DNA from: a virus | Taxonomy: Duplodnaviria > Caudoviricetes | Length of the DNA stretch: 35,234 nt | Direction: 5' to 3' (one strand) | IMG/VR virus record: IMGVR_UViG_3300014656_006079 | Location: 1 to 35,234 of that record | Shown: one piece after another, positions 16,820 through 26,259 of the stretch | Layout: every line of letters starts with the position of its first letter | Numbering within the stretch: the first letter of the stretch is position 1 | Notes under the pieces: model-generated | The model's input: only the letters and a program-made list of their open reading frames with translations | Databases searched by the model: none | Told to the model about the DNA's origin: nothing | Program-made: the position numbers and the translations under genes

Positions 16820-17442
16820 AGCCAGGCCTCCACGCATTCAATGGACGTGTCGTGGTAGCGCACGCCGGACCAATCCAGCTGGCCCTGGCTGTCGTCGGAG
16901 AGCCGCATCACCGTTGTGGGCGCTGTGACTTCAAGGGCCGCGCCATTGGCCGGGATCCCCCGCAGTGGCGGCTCAAAAGTGATGGTTGCCGTTCCGGTAC
17001 CGCTGCTGTTGACGTCGGCGGTGACGATCTTGAGTTCGCGCCCGTTGGCCGTGGCCACGTGGAAGTAGTCGCCTGCGCGCAGGATCAGCGCGGTGCTGTT
17101 CGTCCAGCCGCTGGTGGTCAGGCTGGCTCCTGTTTGCCCCGCCCCGGCCACTACGGGCGTGCCCGTGGCCACGCCGCGCGCGGGCAGGGCGTGCAGGGGC
17201 GATAGGTAGAAACGCCCGGCAGCGCCGCGCAGCCGCGCCACAAACGCTGTCCAGGGCCGCCAGTCGTCCTCGCGCATTTTGCGGTAGGGCAGCTTGCATA
17301 TCCAGCGCGCGCCGGGCAGTTCCTGGGTCTGGCTGCTGCCGTTCAAAGGGCTGGTCCACGTCTGGCTATGGGGCAGCAGGTGCCAGGTAAAGTTGCTGGG
17401 CCGCACCGTGAGCGTGGGCCAGGCGATGGGGGTCACGCTCAT
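16816..17442 (-). CDS. Distal tail protein (Dit-like)
   Basis: Follows tape measure; TWTSPLNG...GARW...FVARLRG...FEPPLR. Confidence 0.7.
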   Translation of the reverse strand: MSVTPIAWPTLTVRPSNFTWHLLPHSQTWTSPLNGSSQTQELPGARWICKLPYRKMREDDWRPWTAFVARLRGAAGRFYLSPLHALPARGVATGTPVVAGAGQTGASLTTSGWTNSTALILRAGDYFHVATANGRELKIVTADVNSSGTGTATITFEPPLRGIPANGAALEVTAPTTVMRLSDDSQGQLDWSGVRYHDTSIECVEAWL

Positions 17443-20003
17443 TGGGGCCTCCCGGCCAGGCTCTTGGCGTAGCTGCCGCCTCGGCGGGCCTTGGCCTCCA
17501 CTGCGGCTGTGGCGTCCTTCACCGTCTGGCGCGACATTTCGTCCACGTAGCGGCGCAGGCGAGCCTCGGTGCCGCTGTCCGCCCCGCGAAAGTCGTAACT
17601 GTTGTTGATGGCCACATTGACGGAGCCGCCGCCGCCAGAGCCGGAAAGCATGGCCTGGGTTTGGGCGGCGTTGTACACGTAGCCGTTGCCGTTCATCTCC
17701 AGAATCTCCGGGCCATCCTCCCCCACCAGCCAGCGCCCGGAGCTGACGCCGCCGCCGCTGGCACGCCCGCCGAGGATGCTCGCTTCAAGAGAATTGACAG
17801 CCGAATCCACCTGGGAAGAGCTGTAGCCTTCACTGGCCAAGGAACTGCCCCCGAAGCCGAAAAATTCGCTGATGTCGCCCATGAACCCGGTGCTTCGAAT
17901 ATAGCTGGCGCTCTGCCCCATCACGTCCTGAGCCAGGGCCCTGGCCATGGTGCTCTGGATCATGTTGCCAAACTTGGTCCAGCCGATCTCGCCGGTCATG
18001 AAGAAGTCGTACAGGCCGTCCTCCATGCCCTTGAGGCCGGAGGTCATGGCATCGCCCGCAACTTTTGCGGCGTTGGTCGCGTTGTCCACATAGGCGTCAA
18101 AGGACAGCTTGGCCCCGTCCTGCCACTCGCGGGAGGCCTTCATCTTCTCCCGCTCCACCCACTGGCCCACCTTGACCTCATCCGCGCCGGCGCTTTTCCA
18201 GGCCTCGGCCTGGGCCTCGATCTGCGCGGTCTTGAAGGCGGACTCGCTCATGGTGCTGGCGCGGTAGGCCTTGTCGAACTCCACGCGGGCTTGCAGGTCT
18301 TTCTTGAGCGCGCCCTCGCGTTCATCGGCCACCTTGCGGGCCGAGGCCAGGTCCGCGTGCCGCTGCTCCAGGCTGATGAGCTCGCGGTACAGCGGGTTGG
18401 CCGCGCCCAGCTCCTTGCGAATGTTGGCGTATTTGTTTTCGATCTTGACTGCGGAAAGTTCTTCTTCCGAGGCGCTGAGCTCGCGGATGTGCGCGGTGGC
18501 GGAGTCCACGGCCTTGGCGTAGTCGCTCTGCTCCTTGCGGGCCTTGGTGTCCTCCTGCTTGTTCAGGGCGGCCAGCTTGCGCGCTGTTTCCGCGTGCACG
18601 GCCTGGATCTTCTCGCTCCAGCGCTCGGCATGGGCGGCGTCCTTATCGCGGGCTTCCTCCAGGGCCTTCAAGGCGGCGGAGCTGTCGTCGACGATCTTCT
18701 GCCGCTGGCTTTCCTTGGTGCCGGACAAAAAGCCCTTGCTAAGCGACCCGGCCTTGCCCAGGGTCTTCTCCAGGCTGATGTCCTCATAGTCCTGGCGCGA
18801 CTTTTCCTGCTGGGCCCGGACCATGCGGTTGATGGCCTCCATGTCGTCCGTGCCGTATTCCTTGAAAGCCTGGATCTGCTTATCGGTGTAGCCGTAGTTT
18901 TTGAGATAACGGGGGTTGGTGCCCAGAGCGCCCATGCCGGAGGTCAGGTCGGCCTTGATGCCTGCCTTCTGCATCCTGTCGAGCACCATCATTTCGTTCT
19001 GCTCGCGCAGGGCGCTGGTGACGCGCCGGATGGCGCTGACGACCAAGTCCGTGTCCATGAACCCGGCCTTGAAAAGCTCCCACTCCGTGGACATGCTGTT
19101 CACGGCCTGGGCCCCGGCGTCGGAGGCCTTGGCCGCCTCCTCGGCGGCCTTGCCGTACTTGTTGTGCAGCACGTCGGCCAGCTTTGGCAGCAGGTCGTCG
19201 GCCAGCACCTGGCCCTGCTCCAGCATCTTGTCCAGCTCGGCGGTGGTGAGGCCCATGGCCTTGGCCGACAGGGTGAAGGCTCCGGGCAAGCGCTCGCCCA
19301 ACTGGCCGCGCAGTTCCTCGGCCTGGACCTTGCCCTTGCTCATCATCTGGCCCAGGGCGCGGAACACGCCGTTGATGTCATCCTGGCTCATGTTCAGCGC
19401 GGCGCCAGCCTCGGACACGGCGGAGAAAATCTTGTTCATCTCGCCTTCCAAGGTGGTGCCCTTGCCGGAGGCGAAGAAGTTTTTGGCCGAGGCGGCAGTC
19501 TGCTGGTACTGCATGCCCAGGCGCACGGACTCGTCGTAGATGAACTTGAGCTGAGCCGTGGCCGCTGCCGCCCCGCCCTCTATGGACAGGTAGCTCTTGG
19601 CCAGGCGGGTGTTCTCCACTGTGGCGTCGAAGCTGGCCTTGCCCGCGTAGATCATGGCCGCGCCAACGGCCGTGACGCCGCCGACCACGGGCATGGCTGC
19701 GGAGCCAATCATCTTGAGCCCGGTGACGGTGTCGCCGTGCTGCATGTGCAGGCGGCCCAGCTCCACGCGGGACATGCCCGCCGCCTTGCCGATGTTGTTC
19801 AGCGAGGCGGACAGGGCGGTCTCGTTCAGGTTGTTGCCGATGCGCTCCTGGAACAGCTCGCGCACGGGCTTGAGCGCTTCCTGGGCGTTTCGGCCCACCA
19901 TGTTGACCTGCTGGCCAAGGCTCTGGGCGTTCTTGCCCACGCCCAGCATGGTGGCGCTGGCCAGGTCGCGCGCGCTGATGATGATCTGTGTTTCAGCGGC
20001 CAT
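17439..20003 (-). CDS. Tape measure protein
   Basis: ALGQMMSKGKVQAEELRGQLGERLPGA; GRASGG...LVGEDGPEI; Ala-rich helical; start at MAAETQ. Confidence 0.95.
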   Translation of the reverse strand: MAAETQIIISARDLASATMLGVGKNAQSLGQQVNMVGRNAQEALKPVRELFQERIGNNLNETALSASLNNIGKAAGMSRVELGRLHMQHGDTVTGLKMIGSAAMPVVGGVTAVGAAMIYAGKASFDATVENTRLAKSYLSIEGGAAAATAQLKFIYDESVRLGMQYQQTAASAKNFFASGKGTTLEGEMNKIFSAVSEAGAALNMSQDDINGVFRALGQMMSKGKVQAEELRGQLGERLPGAFTLSAKAMGLTTAELDKMLEQGQVLADDLLPKLADVLHNKYGKAAEEAAKASDAGAQAVNSMSTEWELFKAGFMDTDLVVSAIRRVTSALREQNEMMVLDRMQKAGIKADLTSGMGALGTNPRYLKNYGYTDKQIQAFKEYGTDDMEAINRMVRAQQEKSRQDYEDISLEKTLGKAGSLSKGFLSGTKESQRQKIVDDSSAALKALEEARDKDAAHAERWSEKIQAVHAETARKLAALNKQEDTKARKEQSDYAKAVDSATAHIRELSASEEELSAVKIENKYANIRKELGAANPLYRELISLEQRHADLASARKVADEREGALKKDLQARVEFDKAYRASTMSESAFKTAQIEAQAEAWKSAGADEVKVGQWVEREKMKASREWQDGAKLSFDAYVDNATNAAKVAGDAMTSGLKGMEDGLYDFFMTGEIGWTKFGNMIQSTMARALAQDVMGQSASYIRSTGFMGDISEFFGFGGSSLASEGYSSSQVDSAVNSLEASILGGRASGGGVSSGRWLVGEDGPEILEMNGNGYVYNAAQTQAMLSGSGGGGSVNVAINNSYDFRGADSGTEARLRRYVDEMSRQTVKDATAAVEAKARRGGSYAKSLAGRPQ

Positions 20004-20361
20004 TGCGCGCCCTTTCCCGTTCGCGTTGGGCGGTTTCGGCCCAGCGGTCGAGCTGAGCGTGTTCCAAAGCCTGGAGCTTTTCGAGCATCGGTCGGTCCAT
20101 GCGTATCCCCAAGGTCTTGGCCACCATTTCCACGGCCAGGTAATCCAGCCCAACCGCACCGCCCATGCCCACACGCCACTGGGTGCTGCAGCTGGTCCAG
20201 AGCTTCCAGGCTGGCTTGTTCCCCTGCGCCAGCTTTGGAGCACCCTGCATCTGCGGACACTCTGCGCACTCTTGCCCGCCGCCGCCGGTTTCCCGGCAGG
20301 CGGCGCAGTACTCTACTCGGTCTGGGTCGGTGCGCCAGGCCCAGACGGCGTGGAGTTTTTT
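19993..20361 (-). CDS. Tail assembly chaperone gpGT C-terminal part (DUF1799-like), reached by -1 frameshift
   Basis: Frame open from slippery site 20361-20355 to stop 19993; TQWRVGMGGAVGLDY. Confidence 0.85.
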   Translation of the reverse strand, partial: KKLHAVWAWRTDPDRVEYCAACRETGGGGQECAECPQMQGAPKLAQGNKPAWKLWTSCSTQWRVGMGGAVGLDYLAVEMVAKTLGIRMDRPMLEKLQALEHAQLDRWAETAQRERERARNGR

Positions 20362-20612
20362 ACGGCGCCGGGGCCGCCAAAGGTGTAATTGATGGTCTGG
20401 TTGTACAGCTCAAAAACATCAGGGCGAGCCTTGGAAACGGCGTCCCACGTCTTTTTGCCGTAGTGGGTGGTCAAGAAGCCCTTCATGTACCCGGAATCCA
20501 GCTTTGCATTCTCGGCTGCCAGGTGCTTCTCGGACTCTTCCCAGCTCAGGGCCTTGAGTTCGACTTCCTGCCCGCTCACGGGCAGCGTGATCTTGATGGG
20601 AGTTGTGCTCAT
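20313..20612 (-). CDS. Tail assembly chaperone gpG-like
   Basis: Between tube and tape measure; GTA AAA AAC near the 3' end. Confidence 0.85.
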   Translation of the reverse strand: MSTTPIKITLPVSGQEVELKALSWEESEKHLAAENAKLDSGYMKGFLTTHYGKKTWDAVSKARPDVFELYNQTINYTFGGPGAVKNSTPSGPGAPTQTE

Positions 20613-20614
20613 GG

Positions 20615-22027
20615 CTACTGCTCCAGGCTGTACATTTCGTTGCGCAGGCGGACGACAACGGACGAATTGGCCGCGCCGCTGGCGTAGAAGGGCATGAACT
20701 TGTGGCGCTCCAGCACGCCCTTGGGGCCGTCGATGGGGGGGGTGGTGCGCTCGTACTTGAGTTCCTCCAAGGTGACCTCCAGCTCGTAGCCCTTATTCGA
20801 GGCCAGCACGGCCAGGCTGCTGGTGGTGTTGTCGATGGCCTTGTCCACCAGGTCGGTGCCGGTGAACAGCGCCTCCAGGTTGCCCTCCAGGCCGAGCAGG
20901 CCTTCAGTGATGTCTCCGCGCTCGCCCGCCTTGTCCGGCGTGTTCAGGGTGTAGGTGTCCGTCTCCAGGCCGAAGTCCAGAGAGAGGCTGACGGTCTTGA
21001 CTCTGTTGGAATAGGCCACGCCGCCCTCGGTAAGGGAAACGTCTTTCTGATTAAACTTCACGATAGGCAGCTCTACAGCGGCGGCATCATACTGAGTGGT
21101 GTCGTCGTCTTCGCCCGCGCCCACAAAGATCATGGTGCTGGACAGCACGCCCTCTCCACCGAAGCTCAGGTCCAGCTTGGACACTTTGAGTCCGCGATCA
21201 ATGTAGTAGACAGGGATGGCCGGGAAAGCCTTTTCCGCAAGGATGCTGGGCATGGTATCGCCCACCTTGAAAACATGGTCGTAGAAGGCCGCCGTGGCGG
21301 TGGCGTCGGAGACGGTTTCCGCCGTGTTGGTGGCCGTTACTAGCAGCTCGTTGGCGCTGGTGCCGCGCAGCACGGTGTAGGTGGCGTCGTAGTTGGTGGT
21401 TCCGTCCACAACGATGCGCGCGCCGACGGGCAGACCGTGGGCGACGGCGGGCAGGCCGACCTTGCCCCCGCCAGCCAGGCGCACAACGCCGTCGATGACC
21501 ACCTGGCGGGCCAGGCTCACGGTTTCATCACCCGCGAAGGTTTCCGCCGTGTAGGTGGCGGCGATGACCAGCTCGTTTGTGCTGGTGGTGCGGTCGAGCA
21601 AATAGGCTCCGTCGTAGTTGGTGGAACCCACGATGACCACCGGGGCGCCGCTGGCCAGGCCATGGGCCGTGCAGGGCAGGCCCACCTTACCGCCGCCTTT
21701 GTTCACGGCGGCGGCTGCGTTCAGCAGCAGGGAGGCCACCACAACGGTGGTGGGCAGGCCGAACATGCTGCGCAGGTGCAGGCCGTAGTTGTGGGCGTCC
21801 ACCGGCACCTTGAGCGAGCCTGGCACGTCCACATTGCCCTGGCCCGGCTCCACAGGATCTCGCCTGCCGGTCAGGGTTTCGTCCTTGGTGAGGCCGACCG
21901 TTGCGGCCAAGGTGTTGGACATGAAGGGGATGCTGTAGCCCTTGCGCGAGCCAGCGGACGGCACGACGCCGAAGCTGGTCTCAAAGTCGATGACGGTTTT
22001 GCCCTGGTAGCCTTTGGCCTGAGTCAT
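20615..22027 (-). CDS. Major tail tube protein with tandem inserted domains
   Basis: MTQAKGY...FETSFG...GRRDPVEP..GNVDV; PPIDGPKGV...VRLRN; position. Confidence 0.85.
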   Translation of the reverse strand: MTQAKGYQGKTVIDFETSFGVVPSAGSRKGYSIPFMSNTLAATVGLTKDETLTGRRDPVEPGQGNVDVPGSLKVPVDAHNYGLHLRSMFGLPTTVVVASLLLNAAAAVNKGGGKVGLPCTAHGLASGAPVVIVGSTNYDGAYLLDRTTSTNELVIAATYTAETFAGDETVSLARQVVIDGVVRLAGGGKVGLPAVAHGLPVGARIVVDGTTNYDATYTVLRGTSANELLVTATNTAETVSDATATAAFYDHVFKVGDTMPSILAEKAFPAIPVYYIDRGLKVSKLDLSFGGEGVLSSTMIFVGAGEDDDTTQYDAAAVELPIVKFNQKDVSLTEGGVAYSNRVKTVSLSLDFGLETDTYTLNTPDKAGERGDITEGLLGLEGNLEALFTGTDLVDKAIDNTTSSLAVLASNKGYELEVTLEELKYERTTPPIDGPKGVLERHKFMPFYASGAANSSVVVRLRNEMYSLEQ

Positions 22028-22051
22028 GGTGTCCTCCTGTTGGCCCGCGTT

Positions 22052-22495
22052 TTAAATGGTGCGGGGAATGTCGCATGCGTAGCGGATGTGCCTGATGAAG
22101 AAATACTCGCCCGGCTGGTCGTTTTCCCCTTCCCAACGGGAGGGGGCATAGTCCGTGTCTTTCAAAACGCTCAAGATCAGCCCCTCGAACAAGTCGAGGC
22201 TCTTGTAGCCGCGAGCCCTGATGCCGCGCGTGCCAAAAGTCTCGCTGGTGGTGTCGACCACGCCGATGGAGAGAACCACCTCGGGCACGGCCAGCTCTTC
22301 CTCGAAGCCGTCCTGGTTGCGCAGGGGAATGACCATGATGTAGGGCGTGTCGTTCTCGCCCAGGGCATTGCCAAAGCCGACCCCGAGCATGACTTGCGGG
22401 GCCTTGCCAAAGCGCGACACGCAAAAGGCCGTCAGCTCCGTGTCGGCTTCCAGGGCCTGGGCCCAGGCGTCGGCGATGTCGTAGTCTGTTGCCAT
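22052..22495 (-). CDS. Putative tail terminator
   Basis: Size and position before the tube gene. Confidence 0.55.
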   Translation of the reverse strand: MATDYDIADAWAQALEADTELTAFCVSRFGKAPQVMLGVGFGNALGENDTPYIMVIPLRNQDGFEEELAVPEVVLSIGVVDTTSETFGTRGIRARGYKSLDLFEGLILSVLKDTDYAPSRWEGENDQPGEYFFIRHIRYACDIPRTI

Positions 22496-22525
22496 GCGTT
22501 TCTCCGATTGAGCCGGGCTTGGGGC

Positions 22526-23152
22526 CTAGGCGACCTTGACGAATGTCCTGGCGTTGTTCAGGTACTTGAGCACGCGCGCCTCGATGAATGGCTCATAGGT
22601 GTGCCGCGTGAGCTGGAACACCGGGCCCACCAGCGGGCGGGCGGGCGTGACAACGGCCCGCTTTTTCGAAAGCTTGAGCCCGCGCACGCTGTACAGGCGG
22701 CGCATCTTGGCGGTGATGGGCGTCTCGAACCCGGACTGGAGCTTTTCCGCCAGGTGCGAAGACCGCCGGGACAAAAAGCCGATCTGGACGCGCATGTTGG
22801 CCTGGTTGCGCCGGTAGCCTATGGCCATGTACAGGTGGCCGAACAATCCGTCGTGCGGGTTGGCCGAGCGCGTGCGCCATGCGCGGTCGCCGATTTTGCG
22901 GTTGAGCCTCTTGATGCCCGCGTGCTTGGGCCAGCTGCCGCCCACGCCGCCCGCGCGCATGGCCTCGCGCATGGTCTTGCGCAGGTGGTAGCCCAGGGAG
23001 CCTAGGGCCTTGTTGACCTCGCCCGGAAAATTTCTGGCCAGCATGGCCATGTACGGCGCCACGGCGTCGTTGATCTCGAACAAGGTGCCGCCGGAGGCGT
23101 AGAACCGGTAGTCACGGCCCTTGATGTTCACCATGGGGACGAGGTCGGCCAT
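22526..23152 (-). CDS. Putative neck/tail completion protein
   Basis: Basic; TPARPLVGPVF motif; TGATG overlap. Confidence 0.6.
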   Translation of the reverse strand: MADLVPMVNIKGRDYRFYASGGTLFEINDAVAPYMAMLARNFPGEVNKALGSLGYHLRKTMREAMRAGGVGGSWPKHAGIKRLNRKIGDRAWRTRSANPHDGLFGHLYMAIGYRRNQANMRVQIGFLSRRSSHLAEKLQSGFETPITAKMRRLYSVRGLKLSKKRAVVTPARPLVGPVFQLTRHTYEPFIEARVLKYLNNARTFVKVA

Positions 23153-23511
23153 CAGTACTTCCCCCGCTGATCGCAGGCGCAGAGGCATATCCACCACATG
23201 GCCTCGGGCCCGGTCCTGGGCTCGCGGCTGACCGCGCGCACGCGGTAGGTCAGGCCGTCCAAGGCGATGCTGTCATCTTTGGTCGGCTCGGCTGCCACGT
23301 CCGCTGCGCGCAGGCGCACGGCAGCGTGCCGGGCCTGGTTGCGAAACAAGTCCTCGGGCCAGCTTGCGGGGGCGTAGCCGAAGCCATGGTGCGAAACCAC
23401 GGCCTGGAGCTCCACGGCCTCGGCCTCGGGGTCGCTGGCCTGGGGCGTGTAGGTCACGCTCTCGCCCTGCTGGGCCAGGATGATGGCGGCGATGTCGGCG
23501 AGGATGGTCAT
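23152..23511 (-). CDS. Head-tail joining protein (gpFII-like)
   Basis: GESVTYTP...PTKDDSIALDGLTYRV. Confidence 0.65.
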   Translation of the reverse strand: MTILADIAAIILAQQGESVTYTPQASDPEAEAVELQAVVSHHGFGYAPASWPEDLFRNQARHAAVRLRAADVAAEPTKDDSIALDGLTYRVRAVSREPRTGPEAMWWICLCACDQRGKY

Positions 23512-24122
23512 TGGGCCCACGCCTCCAAAAGCTTAAGCCTAGCCGCGCTCACGGCCTCCAGCTTGCGCACGTAGTCGCCCATGTCCCGTTCCCAAGTCAG
23601 GGAGTCGGCTACGGATGCGCCCTCTGGTAGCCCGGCGCGAACTCGTCCGGCTTCACCGGGTCGGCCTTGATCTCCGCTGGGATCAGTCGCGTTGGCGGCG
23701 GCGCGGGAACGAAGTCCGTAGAATGCTTCGTTGCGCAAGCCGACATACTCAGGGCCAAGCACACAAGCAGCAGATACAGTCTGCGCAACATCGTTGATCC
23801 TCCGGGTGATAGCCGCGCGGGCCTGGTCCAGCTCGCTGCGGGTGGTGATGAGCTTGGCGGACAACTCGTTGCCGCGCTTGGCCAGGCGGGCAGTCTCCTG
23901 CATGGCCTCTGCGGTCGCGTTGGCGCTGGCCTTGGCGTAATCGGCCTCAAGCGTCTTGAGCTCGGCCTTGCCCAGGGCCTCGGCCTCGGCATAGCCCCGG
24001 TGGCTTCCGTACAGGTAGCAGCCGATGGCCGTGAGCAGCAGGGCCACAGTGAACACAAGGGCCACGATGGCCGTGCGGTTGCTGGTGCCAGGGATGGAAG
24101 GAATAGATGGAAGGCCGAACAT
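23508..24122 (-). CDS. i-spanin (Rz-like)
   Basis: N-terminal TM then Ala-rich coiled coil; follows endolysin. Confidence 0.8.
   Translation of the reverse strand: MFGLPSIPSIPGTSNRTAIVALVFTVALLLTAIGCYLYGSHRGYAEAEALGKAELKTLEADYAKASANATAEAMQETARLAKRGNELSAKLITTRSELDQARAAITRRINDVAQTVSAACVLGPEYVGLRNEAFYGLRSRAAANATDPSGDQGRPGEAGRVRAGLPEGASVADSLTWERDMGDYVRKLEAVSAARLKLLEAWAQ
23609..23791 (-). CDS. o-spanin (Rz1-like) lipoprotein embedded in the Rz gene
   Basis: RBS GGAGG; MLRRLYLLLVCLALSMSAC signal/lipobox; Pro-rich; alternate frame. Confidence 0.75.
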   Translation of the reverse strand: MLRRLYLLLVCLALSMSACATKHSTDFVPAPPPTRLIPAEIKADPVKPDEFAPGYQRAHP

Positions 24123-24691
24123 CACTGCACCCCCAGCGTTTGCCGCAACGAGTTGACGCGGTTCTTCCAACCCCCGAGGAATTTGCCAAGTTCTGGCTTG
24201 ACCTCGACAAGGTTGTGGTAGAAGCGCTCCCGGCTGGCCAGAAGCCTGGTAGCGAATGCATCTTCGGCCTGCATGCCGTAGCAGATGCTCTGGATCCTGG
24301 CGCGAGTGCCCGGGCCGAACACGCCGTCTTCCGCGATGAGGTTGCCCGTGTAGGCGTTGCACACCTGCTGGGCGAGAAGCACCGAACGCCGGGCGCCGCA
24401 ATTCACTGCGGCGTCGAAGATGCAAACGGCTGGATCTCCCGGCACATCATCAAGCGAAAGCGCGTCCCAGAAGCGCTGCCGAAACAAGCCCAAGGCTTGC
24501 ACGGGGCTGAGCGCGCGCACATCGTCGGCGTCCACATCGCCGTCACCATCCACGTCGATGCCGATGTCGCGGAGCCAACGCAGGGACACTCCGAAGTTTG
24601 TTGCTCCCCCGGGGTCAGAGGGATCGTCGACAAAACCGCCTTCCCATTTCTGCACAAAGGCTGCGGCAATAGGCCATGCGCTGCTGTTCAT
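24122..24691 (-). CDS. Endolysin, GH108 with peptidoglycan-binding domain
   Basis: EGGFVDDPSDPGGATNFGV; FDAAVNCG; DGVFGPGT; FLGGWKNR. Confidence 0.93.
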   Translation of the reverse strand: MNSSAWPIAAAFVQKWEGGFVDDPSDPGGATNFGVSLRWLRDIGIDVDGDGDVDADDVRALSPVQALGLFRQRFWDALSLDDVPGDPAVCIFDAAVNCGARRSVLLAQQVCNAYTGNLIAEDGVFGPGTRARIQSICYGMQAEDAFATRLLASRERFYHNLVEVKPELGKFLGGWKNRVNSLRQTLGVQ

Positions 24692-25233
24692 CGCCCGCCC
24701 CCGAGCTCATCGAATTGCGCCGGGCTGGGCTGCCGGGGCTGCGGATGCTCTGAAGGCTGGGTCGGCGCATCAGAGAAGGATCCAAATGGCCGAATGCTCA
24801 CCATGCCCCCGCTGTCGACGGCGGTGTCGCGGTAGGTGCGCAACCGCACCTGCAAGCCTTCGGGCACGCGCAGGCCCATGGCCGCAAGGTGCGTGCACAC
24901 GCTCAAAAATTCATTGATGGCCACGAACATGACCATGCAGTCGCGTACATAGTTCGCCAAAAACGGGAAGCTCCGAGCCATGGCCAGATCAAGCATGTGG
25001 GCGCAGGCGATGACGATGACGTAGAGCACGAATTTGGCCATGCCTTTGCGGGCCTTGGCCGCAGAGAGAGAACTGCTGACCCAGGCCAAGTGCAGGCCCA
25101 AAGCAAAGTCCACGGCATAGAGGATGAACAACGCGAGCACAGCCACGTCCAGGCCGCCAAGCGCCCAGGCGAAGCAGCTGAGGAAGGTGGACCAGGCGGC
25201 CTTGAAGCCGAAGTGCTCGAATAGTTCCTGCAT
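24688..25233 (-). CDS. Holin (phage holin 4/TcdE-like)
   Basis: LGGLD...DFALG...RKGMAK...NEFLSV..HL..MGLRVP; several TM segments. Confidence 0.88.
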   Translation of the reverse strand: MQELFEHFGFKAAWSTFLSCFAWALGGLDVAVLALFILYAVDFALGLHLAWVSSSLSAAKARKGMAKFVLYVIVIACAHMLDLAMARSFPFLANYVRDCMVMFVAINEFLSVCTHLAAMGLRVPEGLQVRLRTYRDTAVDSGGMVSIRPFGSFSDAPTQPSEHPQPRQPSPAQFDELGGGR

Positions 25234-25325
25234 CGCTTCCTCTTTTGGTTTGGCCCGCCCCAGCCGAGTGGCGTAAGCCGGGGCGGGCCTGTGAGGGGGA
25301 GGTGGCGTTCCTCGTGTCGATTCTG

Positions 25326-25853
25326 TCAGGGCCGGGCTTTCAGCAGCTCGGCCAGCCAGCCGCTTGCGGCCAGCGTCTCCACGTTCGCTAGGGCGCCCTT
25401 CTTTTTGGCGGCGCGCCAGAGGTCGCGGTAGACCAGCTCCTTCTCGCGCTCCAGGGTGATGCCCGCCAGGACAATGCGCTCGTAGCCCATGAGCCCGCCC
25501 AGCAGGGCCAGGTACATGCCGCTGGAGCCGCAGGCCCGGTCGATGCTCATCATAACGTCCACGCCCGGCTCCAGGTCTTCCCCGACCACGCAAGGCCGGG
25601 GCTCCTGAACCATGCGGCGCTGCACCCAGCCCTCCAGCAGCTCCGCATGGAGGCTCACGGCCAGGTGCAGCACGCCGGGGAAGGCGGTGATGGCGTCGTT
25701 GCAGGCGGCCACGTCTGCGGGCGTGTGGGCCAGGAACTCCTGCGCCTGCTGCTGCCCGCCAGGGCCGGAGCCCAGGCAAAGCAACACAGGGTGCTTGCGC
25801 TGCGGCAGTTCGCCCTTGATGGTGGCGCAGATGTTGCCGATCATCCGTTGCAT
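25326..25853 (-). CDS. Hypothetical protein resembling sialyltransferase/MptE-like Rossmann-fold transferases
   Basis: CLGSGPG, AACNDA, GSSGMYL...MGYERIVLAG. Confidence 0.6.
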   Translation of the reverse strand: MQRMIGNICATIKGELPQRKHPVLLCLGSGPGGQQQAQEFLAHTPADVAACNDAITAFPGVLHLAVSLHAELLEGWVQRRMVQEPRPCVVGEDLEPGVDVMMSIDRACGSSGMYLALLGGLMGYERIVLAGITLEREKELVYRDLWRAAKKKGALANVETLAASGWLAELLKARP

Positions 25854-25862
25854 TGCCGGTCC

Positions 25863-26219
25863 TTACGCGTTCAGGTTGATCTGGACGACGGTGGCGGTGG
25901 AGCCCGCAGCGGCGAAGGCCTTGCCCGCGTAGATGTTGTCCGTGGAGGTGGCGGTGAGGCAGCCGGTGCCGGAAACGGCGCCCTGGGGATCGCCGTCGGC
26001 GTCCCAGTAGAGGTCGACGCCCTGGCTGATGGCCTCGCCAGCGGCCTTGCGGACCTCGTACACGCCCTTGATGTCAAGGGTACCGCCTTCGCCGTCGGCG
26101 ATGTTGGCCACGGCCACGCCGAAGGTCTCGCCCACAAGCACGGGATCGCCGGAGGCGATGTCCACGCCGCTGGCGTTGGTGTAGGGCAGTCGGTCGCCCT
26201 TTTGGATTTTGAATGCCAT
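25863..26219 (-). CDS. DUF2190 capsid decoration/cement protein
   Basis: IQKGD...SGDPVLVG..FGVA...GVYEV.K...LYWD...YAGKA. Confidence 0.9.
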   Translation of the reverse strand: MAFKIQKGDRLPYTNASGVDIASGDPVLVGETFGVAVANIADGEGGTLDIKGVYEVRKAAGEAISQGVDLYWDADGDPQGAVSGTGCLTATSTDNIYAGKAFAAAGSTATVVQINLNA

Positions 26220-26259
26220 GATGGTTCTCCTTGCGTTTTAGACTCAGTGATGAGCGGCC

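Noticed and set aside
17442-20687. 1081-aa + strand ORF
   Set aside because: Antisense shadow of the tape measure gene; long stop-free reverse frames are expected in high-GC coding DNA; no motifs
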